A stretch of 64,000 bases of DNA from Rhodothermales bacterium (GCA_039944855.1 JBDUXZ010000005.1:500676-564675); one strand, 5' to 3'. Positions 1 to 10,530 are shown, counted from the stretch's first letter. The notes: generated by a model from the sequence alone, not told the origin. A program made the numbers and translations.

Positions 1-1656
1 GAGCTGCTCGAAGTTGTGCTCGAGGAGGTTGTTCGTGGCGAAGGCGGTGAATGTCGGGGCGAGCTGCTTGCCGTCGCGGCGGACGTAGCCCCGGTTCACG
101 ATCGTGTCGATGATGGACGCATACGTGCTCGGGCGGCCGACGCCCTCGCTCTCCAGCATGCGGACGAGCGTCGCGTCGGTGTAGCGCGCCGGCGGCTTCG
201 TCTCGTGGCCGAGCGCTTCGACGCCGTGGCAATCGGGCGTATCGCCCTCGTTGAGCTCGGGGAGCGGGTTGTCGCGGTCTTCGAGCGCCGCGTTCGGATC
301 GTCGGAGCCCTCGACGTAAGCGCGGAAGAAGCCGGGGAACTCGACGGTCTGCCCGTTCGCGCGGAACGTCGCCTGCTCCGGCCCGGCCTCGCCGGCCGTG
401 ATCTCGGCGCGCGTCTGCCGCAGCTTCGCGTCGGCCATCTGCGTGGCGACGGTCCGCTTCCAGATGAGGTCGTAGAGCTTGCCTTCGACGCCGCTCAGTC
501 CGATCTCGCTCTTCGTCCGCATCTGCGTGCCGGCCGGGCGGATAGCCTCGTGCGCCTCCTGCGCCCCGCTGCTCTTCTTCGCCGAGAACTGCCGTGGCTT
601 CGGCGAGAGGTACTTCGCGCCGTACCGCTCTTCGACGGCGCGGCGGCTCGCGCCGATGGCCTCCGACGAGAGGTTCGGCGAGTCGGTCCGCATATACGTG
701 ATGTGGCCCTGCTCGTAGAGCTTCTGCGCTACGCGCATCGAGTCGCGGGCGGAGAGCCCGAGCTTGCGGTTGGCCTCCTGCTGCATCGTCGACGTGATGA
801 ACGGCGGCGCGGGCCGCCGTGTGATCACCTTCGACTCGACCGACGCGACGCGCCACGGCTCGCTCGGGAGCCGGTCCGCGAGATCCTTCGCCTGCGCCTC
901 TTCGAGCACGAAGGCGTCCGATCCCTCCTTCAGCTTGCCCGTGTTCTCGTCGAAGTCACGGCCCGTCGCAAGCTTCTGCTCGCCGAGCGCCACGAGGGTG
1001 GCTTCGAACTCCTGCTTGGCCTGCTCCAGCGTCGCCTTGAGGTCCCAGTAGCCGGCCGACACGAAGTCGAGCCGCTCGCGCTCGCGCTGGACGAGCACGC
1101 GGACGGCGACGCTCTGCACGCGCCCGGCCGAGAGGCGCGGGGCGATCTTCTTCCACAGGAGGGGGCTGATCGTGTAGCCCACGAGCCGGTCGAGCACGCG
1201 CCGCGTCTCCTGCGCGTCGACGAGCCGCTGGTCGATCTCGCGCGTGTCGGTGAGGGCGTGCTGGATGGCCTCCTTCGTGATCTCGTGGAACACCATCCGA
1301 CGCACCGGCACTTTCGGCTTAAGCACTTCGAGGAGGTGCCAACCGATCGACTCGCCCTCGCGGTCCTCGTCCGTCGCGATATAAAGCTCGTCGGCGTTCT
1401 TGAGCGCGTCCTTCAGTTCCTTCACCACCTTCCGCTTCTCCTTCGGGATGACGTAGACGGGCTGGTAGCCCTCGTCCACGTTCACGCCGAGCGTGCCCCA
1501 CGACTCCTTCTTAATGGCGGCGGGGACTTCGGAGGCGGAGGACGGCAGATCGCGGACGTGGCCCATGCACGCCTCGACCTGGTACTCCCCTTTCGCGAGG
1601 AAATTGCGGATCGTGCGGGCCTTGGTCGGGGACTCTACGACGACGAGTCGTTTCAT
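1..1656 (-). CDS. topA: DNA topoisomerase I, N-terminal 552 codons (3' end cut by window edge)
   Basis: Reverse-strand translation from the ATG at 1656 gives [38 protein letters not shown] (Toprim). It stays open and in frame to base 1, where it reads ...[40 protein letters not shown]... The + strand ORF 16..1803 in the track is its antisense shadow. Confidence 0.93.
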   Translation of the reverse strand, partial: MKRLVVVESPTKARTIRNFLAKGEYQVEACMGHVRDLPSSASEVPAAIKKESWGTLGVNVDEGYQPVYVIPKEKRKVVKELKDALKNADELYIATDEDREGESIGWHLLEVLKPKVPVRRMVFHEITKEAIQHALTDTREIDQRLVDAQETRRVLDRLVGYTISPLLWKKIAPRLSAGRVQSVAVRVLVQRERERLDFVSAGYWDLKATLEQAKQEFEATLVALGEQKLATGRDFDENTGKLKEGSDAFVLEEAQAKDLADRLPSEPWRVASVESKVITRRPAPPFITSTMQQEANRKLGLSARDSMRVAQKLYEQGHITYMRTDSPNLSSEAIGASRRAVEERYGAKYLSPKPRQFSAKKSSGAQEAHEAIRPAGTQMRTKSEIGLSGVEGKLYDLIWKRTVATQMADAKLRQTRAEITAGEAGPEQATFRANGQTVEFPGFFRAYVEGSDDPNAALEDRDNPLPELNEGDTPDCHGVEALGHETKPPARYTDATLVRMLESEGVGRPSTYASIIDTIVNRGYVRRDGKQLAPTFTAFATNNLLEHNFEQL

Positions 1657-1799
1657 ACGGGGGCGATGTGGGTGAGGAGCAGGGGGCAAGAATATACTCG
1701 GCGGGGCTGCCAACATTGCGGCACGCCTCACACGCGGCGCACTCCGCCGCGTTCCGCCCTCACCCCGGCTTCACCGCGTACGGGGCGGTCGATCCACGC

Positions 1800-2183
1800 T
1801 TAGCTCCTGGCATCCTGATGGAGCAGCCGCCCGTTCAGCGGGTCGATCGTGCAGTCCGTCCCAACGAAGTTAGCTACCACCAGGGGGACGCGGCTGACGA
1901 TCTGAGCATAGAAGTCGGCCGACGTGTTCGTCGGGTGCTGCGCCGTCCACATATGCTCGCCCGCGGGGGTGTAGCCCCGGAGGTTCTGGACCTGACCCAA
2001 CCGATTCTCGTGCGCCGCGAGAGCGACCCAATCGAACAGGAGAACGACGCGCTCCTCAATCCGAACCCCATCCAACACACGGACCGGGACCGGCCACCGG
2101 TGCCCGGCGACTTCGACGGTGCGTCCGTCGAACGTGAGACCTGTTGCGCCCATCCGTTCGGGTAACGTCCAGTCCGACTCCAC
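1800..2183 (-). CDS. hypothetical protein (127 aa from GTG 2183; alternative ATG at 2153)
   Basis: Open frame with no motif I recognise. It has visibly more A/T-ending codons (tta, gaa, gca, aca, ggt, gat, gtt, att, aat) than neighbouring genes. It lies between topA and a TIR-flanked repeat. Confidence 0.4.
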   Translation of the reverse strand: MESDWTLPERMGATGLTFDGRTVEVAGHRWPVPVRVLDGVRIEERVVLLFDWVALAAHENRLGQVQNLRGYTPAGEHMWTAQHPTNTSADFYAQIVSRVPLVVANFVGTDCTIDPLNGRLLHQDARS

Positions 2184-2191
2184 CCTGTGCC

Positions 2192-2399
2192 GCTAGAGTG
2201 TGTTATGGACTCGCCCCCTCGGAGGGGGGCAGCAAGCCCCGCTTGCGGGGCGAGCGGGGGGTCCGCAGCGTTCGAGGAGCCCGATGCGGTCGCGTCGAGC
2301 GAGGCGGACCCCCACCTGTCCTCCCCCTCCGAGGGGGAGGGACGCGATCTGAACGCGCTCGCTGGGTTCGACTCACCTGCGTTCATAACACGCTCTAGC
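2192..2399. repeat. 208-bp element with 16-bp terminal inverted repeats and three internal GC-rich hairpins (MITE-like)
   Basis: Left end GCTAGAGTGTGTTATG (2192..2207). The right end (2384..2399) reverse-complements to GCTAGAGCGTGTTATG, giving 15/16 identity. Internal palindromes are GCCCCCTCGGAGGGGGGC, GCCCCGCTTGCGGGGC and CCTCCCCCTCCGAGGGGGAGG. The right TIR contains the TAG stop (2395..2397) of the TreS-maltokinase gene. Confidence 0.6.
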
Positions 2400-5300
2400 T
2401 GTTCTGTTCGAGGAAGGCGACTTCGGCGGGCTCGCGGACGAGGCGGAGGAGGGTGTGGAGCGGGAGCCACGCCCATGTGGGGCGGTGGTTCAGCTCGTAA
2501 CGGACCTCGTAGAGCGCTTTGTCGAGGAGGTAGGCCCAGAGGAAGGGGCGGCGGACGCCACGCGGGAGGAGGAAGTCGGCGTCCTCGGCCGTGCGGAGGT
2601 AGGCGTCGGCGAAGGTGAGGTCGCACCAGTGGACGAGCTGCTCGGCCCACGGGCCGAGGGGGCTGTCGCCGTCGTGGGCTCCGTCGGCACCGCCGTTGGC
2701 GTGGGGCAGGCTGGTGGCGAGGGGGGCATACGTAGCGTAGGCGAGGGAGCGGAGCATGCCGGCCACGTCGCGGAGCGCGTAGTCGTGCCGCCGCCGCTCG
2801 GCGACGGTCCGCGCGGGCTCGCCCTCGAAGTCGAGGATGTAGAACTCGCCGTCGGCGAAGACGGTCTGGCCGAGGTGGTAGTCGCCGTGGATGCGGATCT
2901 TCTGGCGCGTCACCTCGCTCTCGCGGAGGGCGTCGAGGCTGTCGAGGGCGCGGTCCCACTCGGCGTCGGTGGGAAGCTCGCCGAGGTCTTCGCCGTGGGC
3001 GCCGAGCATCTCGCGCGTCCGCTCGGCCTCGCTTCGGATGCGGGCGATGAGCGCGGCGGTGTCGTCGGGGCTGCCCTCGCGCGGGGCGAGCGCGTCGGCC
3101 TCGGCTTCGGCGAGGGCGAGGTGCATCTCGGCGGTGCGGACACCGAGCGTCCGGGCGAGCTCGATCATCTCGGGCGCGGCGTCTTCGAGCCAGCCCGGCA
3201 GCCCGGTCTCGGAGTTGACCGGCGCTTCGAAGCTGGAGAGCGGGAGGTCGGCGACGCGGCTGTAATACTGCCCGACCTTCTCTACGGCGTAGGCCCAGCC
3301 GTCGGCCTCGACGTCGAGCGCCTGCTGCACGACGCCCATCGCGTAGGCCACGTCGCCGCGCCGGAACGTGGCCGTCCCGAGGAGGGGCGGTACGAAGCGG
3401 AAGCCGACGCGCGTGAGGTGGCCGAGGAGTTCGACCTCGGGGTTGACGCCGGCTTCGAGCCGGCGGTAGAGCTTGACGAAGAGGCGGCGGCCGTCGTCGG
3501 TGTCGACGAGGGCGGCGGAGTTCGACTGCTCGCCGGAGAGCGGGCTGGCCTCGACGGCGACCGCGCCGCGGAGCGCGTCGTCCATCTCACCCGCGTAGAC
3601 CCCGCGGAGGGATCGGCCCTTCCCGCCCCGCTGCCACCAGTTGAAGAGGCTCGTCCAGAAGTCCGCGAGGGCCGTCGCGTCGCAGAGGAGGACGCGGCCG
3701 TCGGGGCCGTCCACCCACGCGAGCGCGGCGGCGGGGTGCGAGGCGAGCACGGCCTCGGCGTCGGCGCCGGAGGCCGTGGCGAGGGGGAGGAGGTAGGTGT
3801 CGGTGCGCTCGCCGGTGCCCACGCGCAGGAGCGAGAGGTAGACCGGGCGCGGCCGGGCCTGGATACGGACGGCGTCGGCGACCTCGACGCGGACCTCGCC
3901 CTCGGCCTTCGCCCCGAACCACCGCTGGCTGCCGACGTATGCCGGCAGGAGCGCTTCGAGCCGCTCCATCCCGCCGCCCGACGCGAGGGTGTGGACGAGC
4001 AGGTTCTCCAGCCCCTCCGTGACGCGGAGGACGGGGATTTCGCGTTCGTCTCCCTCGGCCCGCGGCCCGATCGCCTTCCGCGTCTCCCGCTTGACCTCCT
4101 CCTCCGGCACGAGGGCGAACCAGTAGAACCGGTGCGGCCCGATCGGGAGGTGGTAGGGCTCCTCGCCGATCGCGGGGAACGGCGACTGGCTCATGAGCTC
4201 GACCGGCACGAGCCCCTGCAGGTCCGCGTCCGGCGGCAGGAGGGAGGACTGCGTGAAGCGGGAGAGGTTCGCCACGACGAGCACGCGCTGGTGGCCTTCC
4301 GGCCCCTCGTATTCGCGGACGAACGCGAGCACGGCCTCGTTCTCGAGCGGGATCGTCCGCATCGTGCCGCGCCCGAAGGCTTGGGCGTAGTGCTTGCGGA
4401 GGCCGAGCATCCGCCGCGTGAAGTGGAGGAGGCTGTGCGGGTTGGCCTCGGCGTCCTCGGCGTTCACGAACTCGTAGGCGTAGAGCCCCTTCCCGATCGT
4501 CGGCATGAAGAGGCGGTGGTGCGGGGCGCGGCTGAAGCCGCCGTTCTTGTCTGGGCTCCACTGCATCGGCGTGCGGACGCCGTTGCGGTCGCCGAGGAAG
4601 GGGTCGTCGCCCATGCCGATCTCGTCGCCGTAGTATAGTACCGGCGAGCCGGGGAGCGAGAGGAGGAGGGCGTTGAGCAGCTCGATCTGGTTCCGGTCGC
4701 CGCCGAGGAGCGGGGCGAGCCGGCGGCGGATGCCGACGTTGATGCGGAAGCGGGGGTCGGAGGCGTACTCGTTCCACATGTAGTCCCGCTCCTCGTCCGT
4801 CACCATCTCGAGCGTGAGCTCGTCGTGGTTGCGGAGGAAGATGGCCCACTGCGCGTCCTCGGGGATGTCCGCCGTGAGCTCCAGCATCTCGACGAGCGGG
4901 CGGCGGTTCTCGCGGCGGAGCGCCATGTAGAGCCGCGGCATGATGGGGAAGTTAAACGACATCTGCACGCCCTGGCCGTCGGCGAAGTAGGGCAGCGTGT
5001 CCTCGGGCCACTGGTTCGCCTCGGCGAGGAGCACCTTCCCCGGCCCGTACCGCTCCTCGACCGCCTGCCGCAGCTCGACGATGTAGTCGATGGTTTCGGG
5101 GAGGTTCTCGCTCGTCGTCCCCTCGCGCTCGAAGAGGTAGGGCACGGCATCGAGTCGGAGCCCGTCCACGCCCATGTCGAACCAGAAGAACATCACCTCC
5201 CGCATGGTCTCGCGGACCTCGGGGTTGTCGTAGTTGAGGTCGGGCTGATGGGAGAAGAACCGGTGCCAGTAGTACTTCTGCGCCTTCTGGTCCCACGACC

Positions 5301-5763
5301 AGTTCGAGACCTCGGTGTCGGTGAAGATGATGCGGACCTCGGGGTACTTGTCGGCCGTCTCGCTCCAGACGTACCAGTCGTGCTTGTCACTCTCGGGGTC
5401 GCGGGCCTCCTGAAACCACGGGTGCTGGTCCGAGGTGTGGTTGAGCACGAGCTCGGTGATGACGCGCATCCCGCGCTCGTGCGCCTCGTCGAGGAACGCC
5501 TTGAAGTCGTCGAGGTCGCCGTGGACGGGGAGGACCTTGTAGTAGTCGGCGGTGTCGTAGCCGTCGTCGCGGAGGGGCGACTGGAGGAAGGGGAGGAGCC
5601 AGAGGGTGTTGACGCCGAGCCGTTCGAGGTAGGGGAGCTTCGCGCGGAGGCCGGCGAAGTCGCCGTAGCCGTCGTCGTCCGAGTCGAAGAACGAGCGGAC
5701 GTGGAGCTCGTAGATGACGGCGTCTTTGTACCAGAGGGGATCCGTGAGGAAGTCGGTCGGCAT
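2395..5763 (-). CDS. treS: trehalose synthase fused to maltokinase (TreS-Pep2/Mak)
   Basis: N-terminal GH13 motifs DAVIYELHVRSFFDSDDDGYGDF and LNHTSDQHPWF. C-terminal kinase-like IRIHGDYHLGQTVFADGEFYILDFEGEP. I chose the start at ATG 5763 (MPTDFLTDPLWYKD) rather than the track start at 5874, whose extension is a low-complexity read through a palindromic repeat. Confidence 0.92.
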   Translation of the reverse strand: MPTDFLTDPLWYKDAVIYELHVRSFFDSDDDGYGDFAGLRAKLPYLERLGVNTLWLLPFLQSPLRDDGYDTADYYKVLPVHGDLDDFKAFLDEAHERGMRVITELVLNHTSDQHPWFQEARDPESDKHDWYVWSETADKYPEVRIIFTDTEVSNWSWDQKAQKYYWHRFFSHQPDLNYDNPEVRETMREVMFFWFDMGVDGLRLDAVPYLFEREGTTSENLPETIDYIVELRQAVEERYGPGKVLLAEANQWPEDTLPYFADGQGVQMSFNFPIMPRLYMALRRENRRPLVEMLELTADIPEDAQWAIFLRNHDELTLEMVTDEERDYMWNEYASDPRFRINVGIRRRLAPLLGGDRNQIELLNALLLSLPGSPVLYYGDEIGMGDDPFLGDRNGVRTPMQWSPDKNGGFSRAPHHRLFMPTIGKGLYAYEFVNAEDAEANPHSLLHFTRRMLGLRKHYAQAFGRGTMRTIPLENEAVLAFVREYEGPEGHQRVLVVANLSRFTQSSLLPPDADLQGLVPVELMSQSPFPAIGEEPYHLPIGPHRFYWFALVPEEEVKRETRKAIGPRAEGDEREIPVLRVTEGLENLLVHTLASGGGMERLEALLPAYVGSQRWFGAKAEGEVRVEVADAVRIQARPRPVYLSLLRVGTGERTDTYLLPLATASGADAEAVLASHPAAALAWVDGPDGRVLLCDATALADFWTSLFNWWQRGGKGRSLRGVYAGEMDDALRGAVAVEASPLSGEQSNSAALVDTDDGRRLFVKLYRRLEAGVNPEVELLGHLTRVGFRFVPPLLGTATFRRGDVAYAMGVVQQALDVEADGWAYAVEKVGQYYSRVADLPLSSFEAPVNSETGLPGWLEDAAPEMIELARTLGVRTAEMHLALAEAEADALAPREGSPDDTAALIARIRSEAERTREMLGAHGEDLGELPTDAEWDRALDSLDALRESEVTRQKIRIHGDYHLGQTVFADGEFYILDFEGEPARTVAERRRHDYALRDVAGMLRSLAYATYAPLATSLPHANGGADGAHDGDSPLGPWAEQLVHWCDLTFADAYLRTAEDADFLLPRGVRRPFLWAYLLDKALYEVRYELNHRPTWAWLPLHTLLRLVREPAEVAFLEQNS

Positions 5764-5774
5764 AGAGGAGAGTG

Positions 5775-5802
5775 GTAGAGACGCAGCATGCTGCGTCTGT
5801 AC
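5775..5802. repeat. GC-rich palindrome (perfect 20-mer AGACGCAGCATGCTGCGTCT at 5779..5798)
   Basis: Read directly from the sequence. It sits 12 nt upstream of the treS start, between glgE and treS. Confidence 0.8.
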
Positions 5803-5858
5803 GGGGCGGAAGGGGAAACGGGCGGTCAGGCGGAGCGGGTCAGGCGGTAGAGCGGCGG

Positions 5859-5884
5859 TAGGGGCACGATGCATCGTGCCCCTG
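5859..5884. repeat. GC-rich palindrome (perfect 22-mer GGGGCACGATGCATCGTGCCCC at 5861..5882)
   Basis: Read directly from the sequence. It lies in the glgE-treS intergenic spacer and has no adjacent T-run on either strand. Confidence 0.8.
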
Positions 5885-5916
5885 CGTCAGCGGGGCTGGC
5901 ATCGACCGGGGCGGCT

Positions 5917-7989
5917 TCAGGCGCGGACTTCGAAGTCGCGCTCGGTGCGGGCGCGGCGCTCGATCCGGAAGATGTGCGCGGGAAGCGTGTGCGGGTGGAG
6001 CTCGACGTAGTTGCTCGCGCCGTGCCACGTGTAGCGCTCGCCGCCGAGGACATCGTGGACCTCGAAGGGCCGGTGCGCGTCCATGCCCCACACGTGGAGC
6101 GGGAGCGTCAGCCACCCGGCCTGCGTGTTGTACGGGTCGAGGTTGACGACGCAGAGGACGAGGTTCGGCGGGTTCTCGCCGCCGGGCTCGGGCGGGGCCT
6201 CTTTGTAGTAGGCGAGGAGGTGCGGGTTGTCCGTCGGGATGAACCGGAGGTTGCGCATGAACTGGAGCGCGCGGTTCTCGCGGCGGACCCGGTTGACGCG
6301 TTTGAGGAGGGGCTGGAGGCTCGTCGGGTCCTGCCAGTTCCAGTGGCGGACCTCGTACTTCTCGTTGTCGCTGTACTCCTCCCGCTTCGGGTGCTGGTCC
6401 GCCTCGACGTGCTCGAACGGCGGCCCGTAGAGCCCGTACGCCGACGACATCGTGGCGGCGAGGACGAAGCGGACGACGTGGGCCGGGCGCCCGCCGTGGG
6501 CGAGATAGTCGGTGAGGATGTCGGGCGTGTTCGGCCAGAAGTTGGGCCGGTAGTACTCGCCGATCTCGGTCTGGAACAGCTCCTCGCCGTATTCCTGCAG
6601 CTCATCCTTCGTGTTGCGCCACGCGAAGTAGGTGTACGAGTTGTTGAAGCCGAGCTTGGCGAGGGTGTACATCGTCCGCGGCTTGGCGAACGCCTCGGCG
6701 AGGAAGATGAGGTCGGGATGTTCGGCCCGCAGCTCGCCGATGCACCACTCCCAGAACGCGAACGGCTTCGTGTGCGGGTTGTCCACGCGGAAGACGCGGA
6801 CGCCTTTGTCGATCCAGAACTCGAACACGGACTTCAGCTCGTCCCAGAGCGCGCGCCAGTCCTCGGTCTCGAAGTCGAGCGGGTAGACGTCCTGGTATTT
6901 CTTCGGCGGGTTCTCGGCGTAGCGGATCGTGCCGTCGGGCCGGTGGCGGAACCACCCAGCGTGCTCTTTCACGTACGGGTGGTCGGGCGAGGTCTGGAAC
7001 GCGATGTCGAGCGCGACCTTGAGCCCGAGCTCGTCGGCCTTCGCCACGAAGCGCTCGAACGCCGGCATCCCGCCGAGCTCGGGCGCGACGGCTTTGTGTC
7101 CGCCGTCTTTACTCCCGATCGCCCACGGGCTGCCGGGCTCGCCGGGCTTCGCGGTGGGCGCGTTGTCCTTCCCCTTGCGGAACTGCGTGCCGATCGGGTG
7201 GACGGGCGGGAGGTAGACGATGTCGAAGCCGAGGTCGTGGACACGCGGGAGCCGCGCCGCCGCGTCGTCGAGCGTGCCGTGACGGGGCTTCCCGTCTTCG
7301 CCGAGGTCGGCGGCGGAGCGGGGGAAGAACTCGTACCACGCGCCGAAGCGGGCGAGCTCGGGGTCGACGCGGACGCCGAGCCAGCCGCTTTCGACGGCGC
7401 CCTCGGCGGGGTCGTTCGCCCGTACGAGCTCGATCACTTCGGTCTTGAGCGCAGCCTCAGCCTCGCCCTTCTCGAACCGCTTCGCGTAGTGCTCGAGGCG
7501 CTTGCGGTCGTCGGCGTCGGCGTGCGCGGCGGCGCGGCGGAGGAGGGCGGCCCCATCGAGGAGCTCGGTGTCGAGTTCCTTTTTCGGCACGGCGCCCTCG
7601 ACGCGGCGGCGGAACTGGTCCTGCCACGTCCCGAACTGGTCGAGCCACGCGCGCACGTTGTAGCGGTAGCGCCCGAGCCGCTCGACGCGGAAGCTCGCGA
7701 CGTACTCGTCGTTGTAGCGGAGCGGCATCGGCGCCGTGTGCACGGCGTCCTCGCCCTCGCCCTCGTAGTGCCACTGCAGCTCGACAGCCAGCTTCTCGTG
7801 CCCGTCGACGATGGCCCCGGCGACGACTTCGACCTCTTCTCCGACGGAGCGCTGGATCGGCCACCGGCCCCCGTCGATGCGTGGGGTGAGGGTGGCGAGG
7901 ACGACGCGGGACCAGCTTTCGGGGGCGGGCGAGGGTTTGAGGGAGGTCGTCTCGGGGGAAGGCGCAGCCGCAGGGTGAGGAGCGTGCAT
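5917..7989 (-). CDS. glgE: alpha-1,4-glucan:maltose-1-phosphate maltosyltransferase
   Basis: 690 aa with RIDGGRWPIQRSVGEEV, FGAWYEFFPRS, VYLPPVHPIG and FRVDNPHTKPF, and the overall GlgE layout. ATG start at 7989. Confidence 0.92.
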   Translation of the reverse strand: MHAPHPAAAPSPETTSLKPSPAPESWSRVVLATLTPRIDGGRWPIQRSVGEEVEVVAGAIVDGHEKLAVELQWHYEGEGEDAVHTAPMPLRYNDEYVASFRVERLGRYRYNVRAWLDQFGTWQDQFRRRVEGAVPKKELDTELLDGAALLRRAAAHADADDRKRLEHYAKRFEKGEAEAALKTEVIELVRANDPAEGAVESGWLGVRVDPELARFGAWYEFFPRSAADLGEDGKPRHGTLDDAAARLPRVHDLGFDIVYLPPVHPIGTQFRKGKDNAPTAKPGEPGSPWAIGSKDGGHKAVAPELGGMPAFERFVAKADELGLKVALDIAFQTSPDHPYVKEHAGWFRHRPDGTIRYAENPPKKYQDVYPLDFETEDWRALWDELKSVFEFWIDKGVRVFRVDNPHTKPFAFWEWCIGELRAEHPDLIFLAEAFAKPRTMYTLAKLGFNNSYTYFAWRNTKDELQEYGEELFQTEIGEYYRPNFWPNTPDILTDYLAHGGRPAHVVRFVLAATMSSAYGLYGPPFEHVEADQHPKREEYSDNEKYEVRHWNWQDPTSLQPLLKRVNRVRRENRALQFMRNLRFIPTDNPHLLAYYKEAPPEPGGENPPNLVLCVVNLDPYNTQAGWLTLPLHVWGMDAHRPFEVHDVLGGERYTWHGASNYVELHPHTLPAHIFRIERRARTERDFEVRA

Positions 7990-8230
7990 CGGCGAGGGAG
8001 AAGCGGGGGGAGAGGGGTGAGCACCGGGGCGGAGCGGGTACGCCGTCGGCTACTCTGTTCAATCGGGCGGGCGGAGAAAGGATCCGATAGCGGCGACTCG
8101 CCGCCCGTCGTTCGCGATTCAGCGAAGGGGCGACCCTGCCGATACAGAGGGGGAGCGGCCGGGGAACCGTCCGGCGTATTATCCACCGCGCCTCGTCCCC
8201 TCTCCGCGCGAACCGACCGCCCGCTCCGGC

Positions 8231-10471
8231 GTGTCACGGCCCGCACCGCGGGTCCCGCTCCCGCTTTCCCACCGGCTGACCCCCCTTCCCGTGACCCCCA
8301 GCGACACTACGGCGGAGGCCCCGCGCCCCGCCTCCATCGCCCTCGACCGCCGCCCCCGCGTCCTCCCCGGCAAGCCCTACCCGCTCGGCGCGACGTGGGA
8401 CGGCCTCGGCGTCAACTTCACGCTCTACAGCGAGCGCGCCGAGCGCGTCGAGCTCGTCCTCTTCGACAGCCCGCACGACGAGGCGCCGAGCGCCGTCGTC
8501 GACCTCAGCGAGCGGACGGGGCCGGTGTGGCACGGCTACCTCCGCGGCATCCGGCCGGGCCAGCTCTACGGCTACCGCGTCCACGGCCCGTACCGCCCCG
8601 AGGAAGGGCTCCGCTTCAACCCCAACAAGGTCCTCCTCGACCCCTACGCGAAGGGCGTCGGCCGCCCCGTTCAGTGGGACGACAGCCTCTTCGGCTACAA
8701 GATCGGCGACCCGAAAGAGGACCTCAGCTTCGACGAGCGCGACAGCGCGCCGTTCGCCCCGCTCGGCGCCGTCGTCGAGGACCGGTTCGAGTGGGGGGAC
8801 GACCGGCTGCCTCAAGTGCCGTGGGAGAACACGATCATCTACGAGACCCACGTCAAGGGCATCTCGATGCGTCACCCCGACGTCCCCGAGGAGTTCCGCG
8901 GGACGTACCTCGGCATGGCCTCCGACCCCATCCTCGATCACCTCCGCCGCCTCGGCGTGACGACGGTCCAGCTCCTCCCCGTCCACGCCAAGCTCCACGA
9001 CCGTCGCCTCGTGGACATGGACCTTGCCAACTACTGGGGCTACAACACGCTCAACTTCTTCGCGCCCGAGCCGGACTACTGCACCGAGGGCGCTATCACG
9101 GGCGTGCGCGAGTTCAAGATGATGGTCCGCGCCCTCCACGCCGCCGGCCTCGAAGTCATCATCGACGTCGTCTACAACCACACGGCCGAGGGGAGCCGCC
9201 TCGGCCCGACGCTCTCGTGGCGCGGCATCGACAACGTCGGCTACTACAAGGCGAACCCGGCCGAGCCGCGCTATCTGATGGATTACACGGGGACGGGCAA
9301 CACGCTCGACGTCGGCAACCCGTACGTGCTCCAGATGATCACCGACAGCCTCCGCTACTGGGTGACGGAGATGCACGTCGACGGCTTCCGCTTCGACCTC
9401 GCCGCGGCCCTCGCCCGCGAGCTGTTCGACGTGGACATGCTGGCGTCGTTCTTCCAGGTGATCCAGCAGGACCCCGTGCTCAACCGCGTCAAGCTCATCG
9501 CCGAGCCGTGGGACGTCGGGCCCGGCGGCTACCAGGTCGGCAGCTTCCCGTGGCAGTGGGCCGAGTGGAACGGCCGCTTCCGCGACACCGTCCGCCAGTT
9601 CTGGCGCGGCGACTCCGGGCTCAAGGGCGAATTCGCCACGCGGATGGCCGGCTCGTCGGACCTCTACGAGCGCTCCGGCCGCCGCCCCTTCGCCTCGATC
9701 AACTTCATCACGGCCCACGACGGATTCACGATCGAGGACCTCGTCTCGTACGACGAGAAGAACAACTGGGCCAACGGCGAGGAGAACCGCGACGGCCACG
9801 AGCCGAACTACTCCACGAACTGCGGCGTCGACGGGCCGACGGACGACGACGCGGTGCTCGACTGCCGCGAGCGGCTCAAGCGCGCCCTCGTCGGCACGCT
9901 CTTCCTCGCGCAGGGCGTCCCGATGCTCTTGGGCGGCGACGAACTCTCGCGCACGCAGGCGGGCAACAATAACACGTACTGCCAGGACAACGAGCTCAAC
10001 TGGTACGACTGGGACCTCGACGAGCGCGAGCAGGAATTCCTCGACTTCGTCTGCGAGACGATCGCCTTCCGCAAGGCCCACGCCTCGTTCCGCCGCCGCC
10101 ACTTCCTCAACGGACGGCCCGACGAGCACGGCGTCCGCGACGCGCTCTGGTGGCACCCGGACGGCCGCGAGATGTCGCCCGAGGACTGGGACCGCAACGG
10201 GCTCAAGGCCTTCGGGATGCTGCTCCGCGGCGACCGCATTCGCGGCGTCAACGCCCGCGGCGAGCGCCGGAGCGACGACACGTTCCTCCTCCTCTTCAAC
10301 AAGAGCGCCGAGCCCATCACGCTCCACCTCCCCGCCGAAGAGGCCGGCAACCCGGTGCGCTGGGAAACCGTCGAGCCCTTCGACGAGGTTGAGCAGACCT
10401 CGTTCGAGGCCGACGAGCCGGCGGCGCTCGACGCGCATTCCATCCTCGTCCTCCGCGCCGTCCTGACCTGA
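8231..10471 (+). CDS. glgX: glycogen debranching enzyme (isoamylase-type)
   Basis: [50 protein letters not shown] and [11 protein letters not shown]. The start is uncertain: GTG at 8231 or an in-frame GTG at 8291. Confidence 0.9.
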   Translation: MSRPAPRVPLPLSHRLTPLPVTPSDTTAEAPRPASIALDRRPRVLPGKPYPLGATWDGLGVNFTLYSERAERVELVLFDSPHDEAPSAVVDLSERTGPVWHGYLRGIRPGQLYGYRVHGPYRPEEGLRFNPNKVLLDPYAKGVGRPVQWDDSLFGYKIGDPKEDLSFDERDSAPFAPLGAVVEDRFEWGDDRLPQVPWENTIIYETHVKGISMRHPDVPEEFRGTYLGMASDPILDHLRRLGVTTVQLLPVHAKLHDRRLVDMDLANYWGYNTLNFFAPEPDYCTEGAITGVREFKMMVRALHAAGLEVIIDVVYNHTAEGSRLGPTLSWRGIDNVGYYKANPAEPRYLMDYTGTGNTLDVGNPYVLQMITDSLRYWVTEMHVDGFRFDLAAALARELFDVDMLASFFQVIQQDPVLNRVKLIAEPWDVGPGGYQVGSFPWQWAEWNGRFRDTVRQFWRGDSGLKGEFATRMAGSSDLYERSGRRPFASINFITAHDGFTIEDLVSYDEKNNWANGEENRDGHEPNYSTNCGVDGPTDDDAVLDCRERLKRALVGTLFLAQGVPMLLGGDELSRTQAGNNNTYCQDNELNWYDWDLDEREQEFLDFVCETIAFRKAHASFRRRHFLNGRPDEHGVRDALWWHPDGREMSPEDWDRNGLKAFGMLLRGDRIRGVNARGERRSDDTFLLLFNKSAEPITLHLPAEEAGNPVRWETVEPFDEVEQTSFEADEPAALDAHSILVLRAVLT

Positions 10472-10491
10472 GCGCCACGGCCGAACCGACG

Positions 10492-10520
10492 GTAGAGACG
10501 CCTCGGGCGGGGTGTCTCTA
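10492..10520. terminator. hairpin between convergent glgX and treY (possible bidirectional terminator)
   Basis: GTAGAGACGCC-tcgggcg-GGTGTCTCTAC, an 11-bp stem with one G-U pair. There is no clear T-run. It shares the GGTAGAGACGC arm with the 5775..5802 palindrome. Confidence 0.4.
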
Positions 10521-10530
10521 CGGGATGGCG

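Noticed and set aside
16-1803. 595-codon + strand ORF covering the left edge
   Set aside because: It runs antisense to a clear topA reading frame, and its product is an Arg/Leu/Val/Glu-rich low-complexity string. This is a typical high-GC shadow ORF.
5764-5874. N-terminal extensions of TreS (to 5874), TreZ (to 15720), MalQ (to 16769), CoaX (to 23857), HDAC (to 57905) and others, as given by the track
   Set aside because: The extensions read through intergenic repeats or the upstream gene. Internal ATG or GTG codons give N-termini that match the family starts and produce 4-nt start/stop overlaps.
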